Assembly: GCA_034659915.1 (NCBI GenBank)
Contig: JAYEID010000013.1
Span: 10,627-74,626 of the forward strand
Direction of reading: 5' to 3'
DNA: 64,000 bases
Origin: Patescibacteria group bacterium
GTDB taxonomy: Bacteria; Patescibacteriota; WWE3; JAUXAW01; JAYEID01
Below the pieces are notes generated by a model, which saw only the letters and a list, made by a program, of their open reading frames with translations, did not search any database and was not told the origin of the DNA. Position 1 is the stretch's first letter. Every line of letters starts with the position of its first letter. This document shows, one piece after another, positions 1 to 9,474 of the stretch. The translations under genes and the position numbers were made by a program.

Positions 1-47
1 ACATTATTTGGAGCTTAGGTATTAGAATTTAGTATTTAAACATTATT

Positions 48-1973
48 ATGTCCAAGATTATTGGAATAGATCTAGGTACAACGAACTCAGTTATGGCTGT
101 AATGGAGGGTGGACAGCCAAAGGTGATTCCTAATGCGGAAGGAGACCGTTTAACTCCTTCTGTAGTTGATCCTGTGAAAAATATTGTAGGTGCGCAAGCA
201 AAGCGCCAGATGTTGGTTAATCCCAAAAACACTATTTACGCAATAAAGCGACTAATGGGTCGGAGGTTTGGTGATGATATGGTAACTAAGGCAATGGATA
301 TGGTTCCCTATAATATTGTGGAGGGAAAAAACAGCTTGGCTGTAGTGAAGGTGGAGGGGAAAGAATATACTCCGCAGGAAATTTCCGCAATGGTCCTTTC
401 TAAAATGAAGCGCGACGCCGAAGATTATTTGGGTGAAGAAATTTCGGAAGCAGTAATTACCGTTCCAGCCTATTTTGACGATTCTCAGCGAAACGCTACC
501 AAAGAGGCTGGTCAGATTGCTGGTTTTGAGGTAAAGCGAATTGTTAATGAGCCTACAGCTTCTAGTCTTGCTTATGGGTTGGCTGAGAAAGGCAATCAAA
601 AGATTGCAGTTTATGACCTTGGCGGGGGGACTTTTGATATTTCAATTCTTGAAATTGGTGAAGGAGTTTTTGAAGTACTTTCCACCAACGGTGATACCTT
701 TCTTGGTGGGGAGGATTTTGATGATCGAGTAATTGATTATCTTTTGGAAGAGTTTAAAAAGGAACAGGGTGTGGATCTTTCTACAGATGCGCAAGCAATG
801 CAGCGCCTTAAAGATGCGGCTGAGAAAGCAAAAATTGAGCTTTCCTCCAAACAAGAAACTAATGTAAACATACCCTACATTACAATGACCGATTCTGGTC
901 CCAAGCACCTGGATATTACCCTCACCCGTGCTAAGCTCGAGCAGCTTACTGATGATTTAGTTAAGAAAACTTTTGATCCTTGCCAAAAATCTCTGGATGA
1001 TGCCGGGCTTTCTTCGGAAGATATTGATGAAGTAATCCTGGTTGGTGGACAGACGCGTATGCCTAAGATTATTGAAGAGGTGACCGAGTTTTTTGGTAAG
1101 GAACCCCATAAAGGAGTGAATCCTGATGAGGTGGTAGGGGTTGGTGCGGCAGTGCAGGCGGGGGTGCTTAAGGGAGATGTGGAAGATGTTGTGCTCTTGG
1201 ATGTTACTCCGTTGACGCTGGGCATTGAGACTTTAGGTGGAGTAACAACCCCAATGATTGAACGAAATACTACTATTCCGACTTCCGCTTCTAAAACATT
1301 TTCTACAGCAGCAGATAATCAGACTTCTGTTGATATTCACGTCTTGCAGGGTGAAAGGGAAATGGCTGCAGATAATAAATCTTTAGGACGATTTATCTTG
1401 GACGGTATACCACCTGCACCGCGAGGAGTTCCCCAGATCGAGGTAACTTTTGATATTAATGCTGACGGTATTGTGGAAGTGAGTGCCAAAGATAAGGGAA
1501 CGGGTAAGGAGCAATCAATTAAAGTAAAAGGAGCAACAGGGCTTACTGAGGATGAGGTGGAGAAAATGAAACAAGAAGCTGAGGCACATGCAGAGGAAGA
1601 CAAGAAAAAGAGGGAAAAGGCAGAAGCGCGCAATCAAGCAGATAATGTAGCTTATACAGCGGAGCAAGCTTTGGAAAAAGCAGGTGATGAGGTGGATGAC
1701 GAAACAAAGGAAAAGATCAAAGGCATGGTAGAAGAACTTCGCGGTATGTTGGATAGTGCCAGCCCCGAGGAACTCAAGAGCAAATCCGAGGCTCTTTCTA
1801 AGGAGCTGCAAAAGATTGGAGAAGCGATTTATGGTTCGACAAGCTCACCACAGGGTGGTGAGCAAGCTAGTCCGGGTGGGGTTCAACCGGATGAGGAGGG
1901 AAGAATGTCCGGCGGTGATGAGAAGAAAGACGAAGACGAAGATGTTAAGGAAGGTGAAGTTGTAGACGAGTAA
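48..1973 (+). CDS. dnaK: Molecular chaperone DnaK (Hsp70)
   Basis: [19 protein letters not shown] and TVPAYF Hsp70 signatures; 641 aa. Confidence 0.99.
   Translation: MSKIIGIDLGTTNSVMAVMEGGQPKVIPNAEGDRLTPSVVDPVKNIVGAQAKRQMLVNPKNTIYAIKRLMGRRFGDDMVTKAMDMVPYNIVEGKNSLAVVKVEGKEYTPQEISAMVLSKMKRDAEDYLGEEISEAVITVPAYFDDSQRNATKEAGQIAGFEVKRIVNEPTASSLAYGLAEKGNQKIAVYDLGGGTFDISILEIGEGVFEVLSTNGDTFLGGEDFDDRVIDYLLEEFKKEQGVDLSTDAQAMQRLKDAAEKAKIELSSKQETNVNIPYITMTDSGPKHLDITLTRAKLEQLTDDLVKKTFDPCQKSLDDAGLSSEDIDEVILVGGQTRMPKIIEEVTEFFGKEPHKGVNPDEVVGVGAAVQAGVLKGDVEDVVLLDVTPLTLGIETLGGVTTPMIERNTTIPTSASKTFSTAADNQTSVDIHVLQGEREMAADNKSLGRFILDGIPPAPRGVPQIEVTFDINADGIVEVSAKDKGTGKEQSIKVKGATGLTEDEVEKMKQEAEAHAEEDKKKREKAEARNQADNVAYTAEQALEKAGDEVDDETKEKIKGMVEELRGMLDSASPEELKSKSEALSKELQKIGEAIYGSTSSPQGGEQASPGGVQPDEEGRMSGGDEKKDEDEDVKEGEVVDE
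1832..1863. repeat. REP-like palindrome inside the dnaK C-terminal tail
   Basis: tggttcgacaagctcacca overlapping the hairpin gctcacca-caggg-tggtgagc; related tcgac-n(2-3)-gctc core at ~2292-2313. Confidence 0.55.
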
Positions 1974-2281
1974 TGAAAGATGCAATTGTCGGGGCGTGCG
2001 GTATTTGCTGCAGCGCTTGCGAGTTACATGAAAAACTTGGGTGTTTTTGTAGTTCCGGAACAGAAAAACGAGCAAAAGAGAAAGTAGAATCCAATTGGAA
2101 TGGTAAAGGTGTCTTGTGTTTGGTTTGCAAATGCGCTGTGGAGCGTGGAGTTTCCTATTGTCCTCGAGACTGTGAAGATTTCCCTTGCGAGAAATTCAGA
2201 GAATGGGACTTTCCTTATGGTGAGGCTTATTTAGATATGCACAAGCGCCGACGTGAGGAGGCTGAATCGGGAGAGAAGTAA
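1973..2281 (+). CDS. Cys-rich small metal-binding protein (DUF3795-like)
   Basis: CGICCSAC...CLVCKC...YCPRDCEDFPC pattern; TAATG overlap with dnaK stop. Confidence 0.75.
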   Translation: MKDAIVGACGICCSACELHEKLGCFCSSGTEKRAKEKVESNWNGKGVLCLVCKCAVERGVSYCPRDCEDFPCEKFREWDFPYGEAYLDMHKRRREEAESGEK

Positions 2282-2391
2282 AGAGGAGTGGATCCCTCGA
2301 CTTTGCTCAGGATTAGTTCGACTTGCGAAAAGTTCTGCTTCCGACAAATCGGAACCGAACTTTTTGAGTCTCACTAAATTTATCAATTGAT

Positions 2392-2416
2392 AAAGGGCGC
2401 TCCTCGCCCTTTTTTT
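2392..2416 (+). terminator. Intrinsic terminator
   Basis: aaagggcg-ctcct-cgcccttt followed by a T run. Confidence 0.7.
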
Positions 2417-2709
2417 GTATACTTAACTCATGGTTACAATCATCTTCGAATCGCACGGGACAACTTTTGATAATGAGAACGAGATTTCTTCCGGGCACGC
2501 GAATATTTAGTTATTTTCCCCCAACAAAAACTTTTACGTTGAAATTTTGCGGAACAATATATTGGCACGGCGACCCTGCCTTTTTGGTGGACAAGCGTCG
2601 TGCGTTTATGTTGGTTTTTTTATATTATAAGCTTCCAAAATTTTGCAATTGTTGGTAGAATTAATTTGTAGGCAGGTACTTAGAAGAGATTTGGAAAGGA
2701 GGTTAGCCC

Positions 2710-3201
2710 GTGGGTATTGAAGGAAATGCAAATGTTTCGTGTGGGGTTATTGTCTCGCGGGGTGAACCCCGTATAGAAGAGTGGGAAGCCCTTTTTCTTG
2801 AAAGAGAGAATGGCAAGTTTTGTTTCCCTAGTGGGCATTGGGAGGTTGGAGAAGATTTACCGGCGTGTGCGGCAAGGGAATTCTGTGAGGAGACGGGATA
2901 TGAAGTGGCGCTCTTGGGTACGGTTGGAATATATACTCTCGAGCCCAAAACTGGTGGGGTCCCCTCACTAGGGGTAGTTTACTACGGTGTGCTGGGTGAG
3001 AAAGTAGGCGAACCGGAGGGCGGGCTGTGCTGGTTGGGTACTAAAGATATGCTTCTGATGCACGCTCTAAGACACGGTCTTTTTCTGCCGTGGCTGCACT
3101 TACTTGGCTTTTTCGAAAGCTGTGCCCGCTATCCAGCGTTTTTGCCTCTGGACATCTTTTCCTCAGGTAACCTTCCCCGCAATGAGCGGGAGATTGTTTG
3201 A
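2710..3201 (+). CDS. NUDIX hydrolase
   Basis: Nudix box GHWEVGEDLPACAAREFCEETG; AGGAGG upstream of GTG. Confidence 0.85.
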   Translation: MGIEGNANVSCGVIVSRGEPRIEEWEALFLERENGKFCFPSGHWEVGEDLPACAAREFCEETGYEVALLGTVGIYTLEPKTGGVPSLGVVYYGVLGEKVGEPEGGLCWLGTKDMLLMHALRHGLFLPWLHLLGFFESCARYPAFLPLDIFSSGNLPRNEREIV

Positions 3202-3222
3202 TAAAATCACTTTAAGATCCGT

Positions 3223-3265
3223 AACCCGGCGCTTATTTCGAGGACCGTCGGGTTCTTTCTTTTTT
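3223..3265 (+). terminator. Intrinsic terminator
   Basis: aacccggcg...cgtcgggtt stem followed by ctttctttttt. Confidence 0.65.
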
Positions 3266-3282
3266 GTGATATAATTTTTCCA

Positions 3283-3624
3283 ATGAACATCGTTGCTTTT
3301 TTGTTTATACTTCTTGTTCGTGGGTTGGCGGTTTTTACTGCTTCTTATGTTATACCGGGTGTGGAGATAGCCTCTTTTGGGGTGGCAGTGATTACGGCGA
3401 TTGTTCTTGGGGTTCTCAATACTTTTCTCCGTCCGATTTTGATTTTCCTCACCTTACCTGTAAATATTTTAACTTTGGGGCTTTTTACCTTGGTTATAAA
3501 TATTTTAATTATTTTGCTTACTAGCAGGCTGGTTCCAGAGTTTAGTGTTTCTGGCTTGCTGCCCGCGTTAGTTTTTAGTATTATGTTGGTACTTACCAAT
3601 TGGTTTCTGAGTTTACTCGTCTAG
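3283..3624 (+). CDS. YvlD/DUF360 'phage holin family' 4-TM membrane protein
   Basis: LNTFLRPILIFLTLPVNILTLGLF motif, hydrophobic. Confidence 0.85.
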   Translation: MNIVAFLFILLVRGLAVFTASYVIPGVEIASFGVAVITAIVLGVLNTFLRPILIFLTLPVNILTLGLFTLVINILIILLTSRLVPEFSVSGLLPALVFSIMLVLTNWFLSLLV

Positions 3625-3626
3625 TT

Positions 3627-4172
3627 ATGGGTTCCAAAGAACACGGATTTTCACTTATTCCAATAATAATCATTGCCCTGGTTTTGGTTGGTGGGGTAGC
3701 CTTTGCGGTTAATTATATTGTGAGTACAGAGAAGGTCGCGGAAATCCCTAAAGAAGAAACGACGGTCACGGAAGAAGAAGAAGCAGCAGCAGCAGAAGAA
3801 GCAGGAGCAGAAAGAGAAGAAGAGGTAAAAAACCCGCGAGAAGTAGTTGAAGAATTTTACACTTGGTATATTTCTAATGAGGGCCGCCCTCTTTCCAGTG
3901 GGGCATATAAGGAAAGCCCTTACCTAGCTCCCAGTTTCAAAGAATATTTGGATGGCGGTTACGGTCGTGGGGCGGATCTTATTCTTTGTGCGCAAGATAT
4001 TCCACCAAGTTTTGAGGTGGAAGATGTTTCTATTTCGGGTAACACTGCGCGGGTTAATCTAAGACAAGCTTTTGGACCTAGCGGGAGGATTGTGCCGGTT
4101 GAACTTGAAAAGGTGGAAGGTGAATGGCTTATTTCCGATGTCCTTTGTGCCGATGTTGAAGATGTAGAGTAG
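3627..4172 (+). CDS. Membrane-anchored protein, DUF3828/NTF2-like C-terminal domain
   Basis: N-terminal HGFSLIPIII + TM helix, Glu/Ala linker, VEEFYTWY...DLILCAQD...GEWLISDV. Confidence 0.6.
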   Translation: MGSKEHGFSLIPIIIIALVLVGGVAFAVNYIVSTEKVAEIPKEETTVTEEEEAAAAEEAGAEREEEVKNPREVVEEFYTWYISNEGRPLSSGAYKESPYLAPSFKEYLDGGYGRGADLILCAQDIPPSFEVEDVSISGNTARVNLRQAFGPSGRIVPVELEKVEGEWLISDVLCADVEDVE

Positions 4173-4345
4173 GAAACCGGATAAATAAGAACTGTTATTT
4201 TGTACTACCCCAATTAAGAGAAGATCCCGAAGGGGTGAGCACAAATTGGACTGCAAAAGATGTAATTTTTGCCATTAACAGTGATCCCGAAACCTTTTGT
4301 GAATGGATGCAAGTTAGCTGCACCGAAGAAACAACGTCTGCGACC

Positions 4346-4374
4346 CTACCCCCCTTTGAGGGGTAGTTTTTTTT
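4346..4374 (+). terminator. Intrinsic terminator
   Basis: ctacccc-cctttga-ggggtag followed by T8. Confidence 0.75.
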
Positions 4375-4379
4375 ATTAG

Positions 4380-4841
4380 CTATGAATTAGTTCCTACCTC
4401 CTTTGAAAATTTTTGGATAATCCCCTTACAAATTTCTTTTGTTTCCGAGCCTGATATCTCTGTTGACGCTCGGGCAATGAGTAACGCAAGATTGTAAAGT
4501 GCTTCGTAACTTAGTGTCAGATCGAGACCATGAACCAGTAAGAAAATGTGGGTTAGGAGAACTGCAATTCTTTTGTTTCCATTTTGGAACTGGTGGCTCC
4601 TTATTAATTAGTTGATTAAAATACGCTGCGGCAGCATCGAGTATTGTGGGATTTAGATGTTTCTTTTCGTAAGTTTGTCTAACTGAGTTAAGAATACTTT
4701 CAAGTTTTCCGGGAATCCTTGAATCAAAAGGGGGAATTGGCTCATCAAATTGGATGAGGTGGTTAAACTGTTCAAAAATATTTTTGGATATTTTTTTTGT
4801 CTTATAAACTTTGTAATTATCAGGTTTGTTGGTATAATCAT
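4380..4841 (-). pseudogene. Fic/Doc-family protein, two frameshifts
   Basis: Fic-like motif HQFQNGNKRIAV lies in a different frame from upstream FDEPIPPF...AAAYFNQL; A8 tract (4791-4798) and 4-bp duplication (4603-4610). Confidence 0.8.
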
Positions 4842-4938
4842 TTTTACAATAGAAAGGAGACAGTGCCAAGCGGCCCGCGGGTTATCATATAAAATTCGTG
4901 TTGGCGAGTTCTCCGTTTATACATAAGGAGGGACGGCG

Positions 4939-5973
4939 ATGTCCAGGCGCAAAAACTCGTATGCGAGTTTTGGTAAGGGGGTAGATACACTTGAATCGTG
5001 GAGCTTTGAGGAACTAAAAAGGGCGGTGCAACTACCCGAAGATTTGTTGGAATGGGAGTCAACACCGTACCGCAAGGATCAGGCAAAAAGAGTTTTGCTC
5101 GGTGCTGCGCGAGAGTTACGCCTTGCCGCTCTTCGCGTTATAGCTGAGCAGATGAGACATGTAGCCCGTCGCGGGAGCCCCTCTTGGGCTGGTAGTTCCT
5201 ATTCCCCAGCTTTGCGCAACCGGGTACTCTTTTTATTGGAACAACTGTCCTCTGAGCAATTGCCACAGCCAACTGGGGGTCTGGTCTGGCAGCAAAGGTT
5301 CGCGATTGAGGAACTTGTTCTTAATGTGTTCGCTGATGAGTGTTTCGAAAGAACTCTGTACGGCGATAGCTTTGGTAGGGAATATTTTCATGTGTTTCAG
5401 CGGATTTGGGAATGTACGATAGCCTTGCCGGAGAAGCGCTATTCACCTACACGAGAGTTTGTTGAGCTGTACGATATGTTCTGGAGGAGATTTGTCGATA
5501 AAAGCAAAGCACCTCCTTTAGGTGCTCATATGGAAATGCTCCTTCGTAAGAGAGCTTACAGCAACACCTCAGAAGAGTTTTCGGAGGAGCTAAAAGAGTT
5601 CATTGACAGCGTGTGTGCGTGGTTAATTCGAGACGAAAAGAATGATGACCTGCTTCACTACATACGCCGTTATGGATTTTCGCAGACACGGCACGTACTC
5701 GAAAGACGTTTTTGGAAGATGCTCCTCAGGGCTGCGGAGCTGAGTGTGACAGATGACGAAGACCGCACTGCTTTTATGAAAATGCCTGTTCAGTGGGTAT
5801 TCGGGAATACAGAGGCTTGTAAGCACATCTCTAACCGGGTGGTTACCTCGTGGTGTGTAATGACAAGCCGCTCCATTGATGGCGCTGTGCGCGAGCCGTT
5901 CGAGGTTCCGCAATGGGTGAAGCGGACAAAGGTTTGGCTGGAATTTGAGAAGTGTGTGGAAACCTATACTTGA
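4939..5973 (+). CDS. Hypothetical protein (344 aa)
   Basis: Long ORF with AAGGAGG RBS; no recognised motif. Confidence 0.7.
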   Translation: MSRRKNSYASFGKGVDTLESWSFEELKRAVQLPEDLLEWESTPYRKDQAKRVLLGAARELRLAALRVIAEQMRHVARRGSPSWAGSSYSPALRNRVLFLLEQLSSEQLPQPTGGLVWQQRFAIEELVLNVFADECFERTLYGDSFGREYFHVFQRIWECTIALPEKRYSPTREFVELYDMFWRRFVDKSKAPPLGAHMEMLLRKRAYSNTSEEFSEELKEFIDSVCAWLIRDEKNDDLLHYIRRYGFSQTRHVLERRFWKMLLRAAELSVTDDEDRTAFMKMPVQWVFGNTEACKHISNRVVTSWCVMTSRSIDGAVREPFEVPQWVKRTKVWLEFEKCVETYT

Positions 5974-6070
5974 AGAAAACCTTACCAACCTAAACATATA
6001 CTTGAGCGTGCCTCTTGCGCGGCCGCCGTAAAGTACGCTCTTGACTGGGAGGTAAGGAGAACGTGACCTG

Positions 6071-6117
6071 AATGCTCTTCGAGCGCAGCATGCTTCGGAG
6101 AGCATTTTTCTTTTTTC
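6071..6117 (+). terminator. Intrinsic terminator
   Basis: aatgctct...agagcatt stem followed by tttctttttt. Confidence 0.7.
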
Positions 6118-6136
6118 TAAGGTTCCCTGAAAAGTT

Positions 6137-6256
6137 ATGAAAACAGGTGACGTTCGTCATGCTTCTTCGTATTTAATAGAGGGTGTCTTCTTTCTTTTGT
6201 TCTTTTTTTGGTGGGTGGTTTTTGGTATTGTTTTGGAGAGGCGGGAAGGTAGGTGA
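6137..6256 (+). CDS. Putative 39-aa single-TM small protein
   Basis: MKTGDVRHASSYLIEGVFFLLFFFWWVVFGIVLERREGR; below the ORF-track cutoff. Confidence 0.3.
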   Translation: MKTGDVRHASSYLIEGVFFLLFFFWWVVFGIVLERREGR

Positions 6257-6435
6257 TTTCTACAACCCCATCCTTTTTCGGTAATAACTCCTGTATACCA
6301 TCCCTATAGCATTCTTTTTCCGAGACTTTGGTTTGCTTGGGGTGGCGGTTCGTTTGTGTTGTTCTTTTTTAGCGACTTTGCAACGGCCGGGAGATTTGGA
6401 GTTTAGTTTGGTTTAGGTAAGAAGCAAGGGGGTTT

Positions 6436-6729
6436 ATGATGGATAGCTGTGTAGATGATGTTTTGTTAGGATTTCGGCGCTGCTTGGGGAGAGTACCACT
6501 GAGAGAAGTGGAAGCTTTCTGTGTAACTCTTGAGGAATCGGATTCTTCCGGGGTTTTTGTGGAGAAGACCCCCCTCGGAAGGGAGTCTTTACTCTATCTG
6601 GTTGCTGAGATTTTGGAAGTTGATCCAGAGGTGCTACTTGTGGAGATGCGTAACTGGGTTGCGGATGTTCGTGCTATCCAGCATCTTAAGATGGAGGAAG
6701 CGGAGAGACGTCACCAGCCTTGTATTTAG
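6436..6729 (+). CDS. Hypothetical protein
   Basis: 97-aa ORF with G-rich RBS, followed by a terminator. Confidence 0.55.
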   Translation: MMDSCVDDVLLGFRRCLGRVPLREVEAFCVTLEESDSSGVFVEKTPLGRESLLYLVAEILEVDPEVLLVEMRNWVADVRAIQHLKMEEAERRHQPCI

Positions 6730-6757
6730 TTTGTATTTAGGTTGGTTTTTCCTTTTA

Positions 6758-6800
6758 GGGGGTCTAGAATCGCGCTGGGTTCTAGATTCCCTTCTTTTTT
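6758..6800 (+). terminator. Intrinsic terminator
   Basis: ggggtctagaa...ttctagattccc followed by a T-rich tail. Confidence 0.7.
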
Positions 6801-6844
6801 ATAATTGCAAAGAAGGTATTGTGATGGTAGTATCAAAGATAGAA

Positions 6845-7114
6845 ATGAGTTTAGAAAAAGAAAAAAAGCAAGAAATAATTGAAGAATTTAGTAACCACGA
6901 GGAAGATACGGGATCTGCCGAGGTGCAGATAGCTCTTCTTACTGAAAAGATTAGTAAGCTTTCTTCGCATCTTAAAGAGCACAAGAAGGATGAGCACTCG
7001 CGGAGAGGCTTGTTAGGAATGGTTGAAAGAAGAAGGAAACTGCTTCGTCATCTTGAAAAAGAAGACGAAAAGCGGTATAATGCTCTTGTTCAGAAGTTGA
7101 AATTAAGAAAGTAG
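6845..7114 (+). CDS. rpsO: 30S ribosomal protein uS15
   Basis: [13 protein letters not shown]...[10 protein letters not shown]; 89 aa from ATG 6845. Confidence 0.98.
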   Translation: MSLEKEKKQEIIEEFSNHEEDTGSAEVQIALLTEKISKLSSHLKEHKKDEHSRRGLLGMVERRRKLLRHLEKEDEKRYNALVQKLKLRK

Positions 7115-7208
7115 GAATTAAGAGGTTCAATGGCATCAGTGGCGTCGGTAGGAATTTTCTACTGAGACTATTGGTTCTATTGACCTCTTTAGTTCCTCAA
7201 TAAGTTTT

Positions 7209-9329
7209 ATGTCCGAGATTGTGAAAAAAGAAATAGAATTAGCTGGAAGGACTTTGAGTCTGGAACACGGGCGTGTTGCGGAACGTGCAAATGGTGCTGT
7301 TATTGCCCAGTATGGTGATACCATGGTTTTGGTAGCAGCAACCATAGACGAACCGCGTGAAGGAATAAGTTACTTTCCTTTAAGGGTTGATTTTGTAGAG
7401 AGGCTTTATGCGGGGGGGATAATTAAGGGTTCCCGCTGGGTAAAGCGTGAGGGCCGTCCTTCTGATGAGGCTACTGTTACTGCACGGATGATTGACCGGT
7501 GTATTCGCCCCTTTTTCCCTGAAGGTATGCGTCATGATGTTCAGCTTCTTATTTTACCCCTTTCTGTTGATCAAGAAAACGATGCGGGACTTCTTGCTTC
7601 TGTCGGTGCTTCTGCGGCCCTTGCTATTTCCGATATTCCCTGGGAGGGTCCTATTGCTACTACCCGCGTTGGTTATTTAGAAAATGAAGATGAGTTCCTT
7701 TTGAATCCAACTAATGGCCAGCTTGATCAGAGTGTTATGGATCTTATTGTTTCGGCAACCGAAGAACGTGTAGTTATGTTGGAAGCAGATGCGGAGGAAG
7801 TTAGTGAAAAAAAGATTAAAGAGGGTATTGATTTTGCGCGATCTGGTCAAGATAAGATTATTGATCTTATTCACGAGATAAAGTCCGAAGTGGGTAAGGA
7901 GAAGTTAAGTTTGGAGGATTTGGGATTGGAGGAAGAGGAAGAAAGTGTGAAGCAGGCAAAGGAGGAAGTGTCCGATTACATTCGTGAGAATTTTATTGAG
8001 GAGATTTTGGAAGACGCTTTGGTTGATTCCGATGAATTGGAAAGGTACCGGAAGATTTTGTATGAGGAGTTCGAGGGCAGGCTCACAAAAAGCGATATGA
8101 GTAATCTGCTTAGTAAAGTTCTTAAAGAAGCGGTACGAGAAGATATTTTGAAAAATGAACGCCGTTTGGACGGTCGGGGGATTAAGGAAGTACGCCCCTT
8201 AGAAATGGAAATTGGGATGCTGCCCCGTACCCACGGTTCTGCGCTCTTTAAGCGCGGTTCCACGCAAGCATTAACTGTGGCTACTTTGGGTTCCCCTTCT
8301 TTGGAACAAATTTTTGAGAGTATGACTGGCGAATGGACTAAGCGTTATATTCACCATTATTCTTTCCCACCTTTCTCTGTGGGGGAAACAGCACCTCTCC
8401 ATGGTCCGGGTAGGCGGGAGATTGGCCACGGCTTGTTGGCAGAGCGTGCGCTGAGACCAGTTTTACCACCGCAGGAAGAATTTCCTTATACAATGAGACT
8501 AGTTTCGGAAATCCTTTCGTCTAACGGTTCTAGCTCAATGGCGGCTACTTGTGGTTCAACTTTAGCTCTTATGGATGCGGGTGTTCCTATCAAGACTCCT
8601 GTGGCCGGGATTGCCATGGGTTTGGTCGAAGGCCCCAAAGGCTCTTATAAGGTTGTTACGGATATGGCCGGTACGGAAGATTTCTTTGGCGATATGGATT
8701 TTAAGGTTACCGGAACACGAGACGGGGTTACTGCTATTCAGTTGGATGTAAAAAATGCAGGTTTAACCGATGAGATTATTGAGGACGCTCTACAAGGGGC
8801 ACGTGCTGCGCGGTTGGAGATTCTAGAGGATATGGCCAATGTTATCGGTGAACCAAGAAAGAGTTTGTCAGAATATGCACCCCAAATAACTAGTGTTCAG
8901 ATTGATCCGAAGAAAATTGGTAAAGTTATTGGTCCGGGGGGTAAGACTATTCGAAAAATTATTGAGGAAACCGGTGCACAGATTGATGTGGACGACGACG
9001 GTACAGTATCGATTACCGCAGACGGTTTGGAAAGTATGGAAAGCGCAAAGGAAATGATTGAGAATTTGGTTGAAGAGGTAGAAGTTGGGAAGATTTATGA
9101 AGGCAAAGTTACTCGTGTGGTTGACTTTGGTGCTTTCGTGGAGATTCTTCCTGGTCAGGAAGGTTTGGTGCATGTTTCGGAAATGGCTCACCGATTTGTA
9201 AAAGATCCTCACAATGTGTTGTCCGAAGGTGATGAGGTTGAGGTTAAGGTGACAGAGATAGATGATCGGGGTAGAATTAACCTTTCAATTAAAGCTCTAA
9301 AAGATAGACCTCACCGTGAGCGTAAGTAA
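7209..9329 (+). CDS. pnp: Polyribonucleotide nucleotidyltransferase (PNPase)
   Basis: RREIGHG, SNGSSSMA, GDMDFKV, KH and S1 domains; follows rpsO. Confidence 0.98.
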   Translation: MSEIVKKEIELAGRTLSLEHGRVAERANGAVIAQYGDTMVLVAATIDEPREGISYFPLRVDFVERLYAGGIIKGSRWVKREGRPSDEATVTARMIDRCIRPFFPEGMRHDVQLLILPLSVDQENDAGLLASVGASAALAISDIPWEGPIATTRVGYLENEDEFLLNPTNGQLDQSVMDLIVSATEERVVMLEADAEEVSEKKIKEGIDFARSGQDKIIDLIHEIKSEVGKEKLSLEDLGLEEEEESVKQAKEEVSDYIRENFIEEILEDALVDSDELERYRKILYEEFEGRLTKSDMSNLLSKVLKEAVREDILKNERRLDGRGIKEVRPLEMEIGMLPRTHGSALFKRGSTQALTVATLGSPSLEQIFESMTGEWTKRYIHHYSFPPFSVGETAPLHGPGRREIGHGLLAERALRPVLPPQEEFPYTMRLVSEILSSNGSSSMAATCGSTLALMDAGVPIKTPVAGIAMGLVEGPKGSYKVVTDMAGTEDFFGDMDFKVTGTRDGVTAIQLDVKNAGLTDEIIEDALQGARAARLEILEDMANVIGEPRKSLSEYAPQITSVQIDPKKIGKVIGPGGKTIRKIIEETGAQIDVDDDGTVSITADGLESMESAKEMIENLVEEVEVGKIYEGKVTRVVDFGAFVEILPGQEGLVHVSEMAHRFVKDPHNVLSEGDEVEVKVTEIDDRGRINLSIKALKDRPHRERK

Positions 9330-9474
9330 AAGACTGCATAACTAATCTCCTTGAACATCTCTGAGGGTTCCCATAAACTAGTGACTAGATGTTAGCTTCT
9401 AAAAACTCTTCAAGTAGTAGTGGGATTGATTGGCAAGAATATTGTTTACTGGGCGGTAATTAATAACTCAATCT

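Noticed and set aside
3771-3823. gaa/gca trinucleotide run as a mobile repeat
   Set aside because: Simple codon-level low complexity encoding a Glu/Ala linker.
4190-4366. Open frame ...EDPEGVSTNWTAKDVIFAINSDPETFCEW... ending at the terminator
   Set aside because: No convincing start or RBS and no recognisable family; possibly a gene remnant but not supportable.
6530-6844. 105-aa N-terminal extension of uS15 in the ORF track
   Set aside because: It overlaps another ORF and crosses a terminator; the canonical 89-aa S15 starts at 6845. The same reasoning applies to the upstream extensions at 15911, 45349 and 51117.
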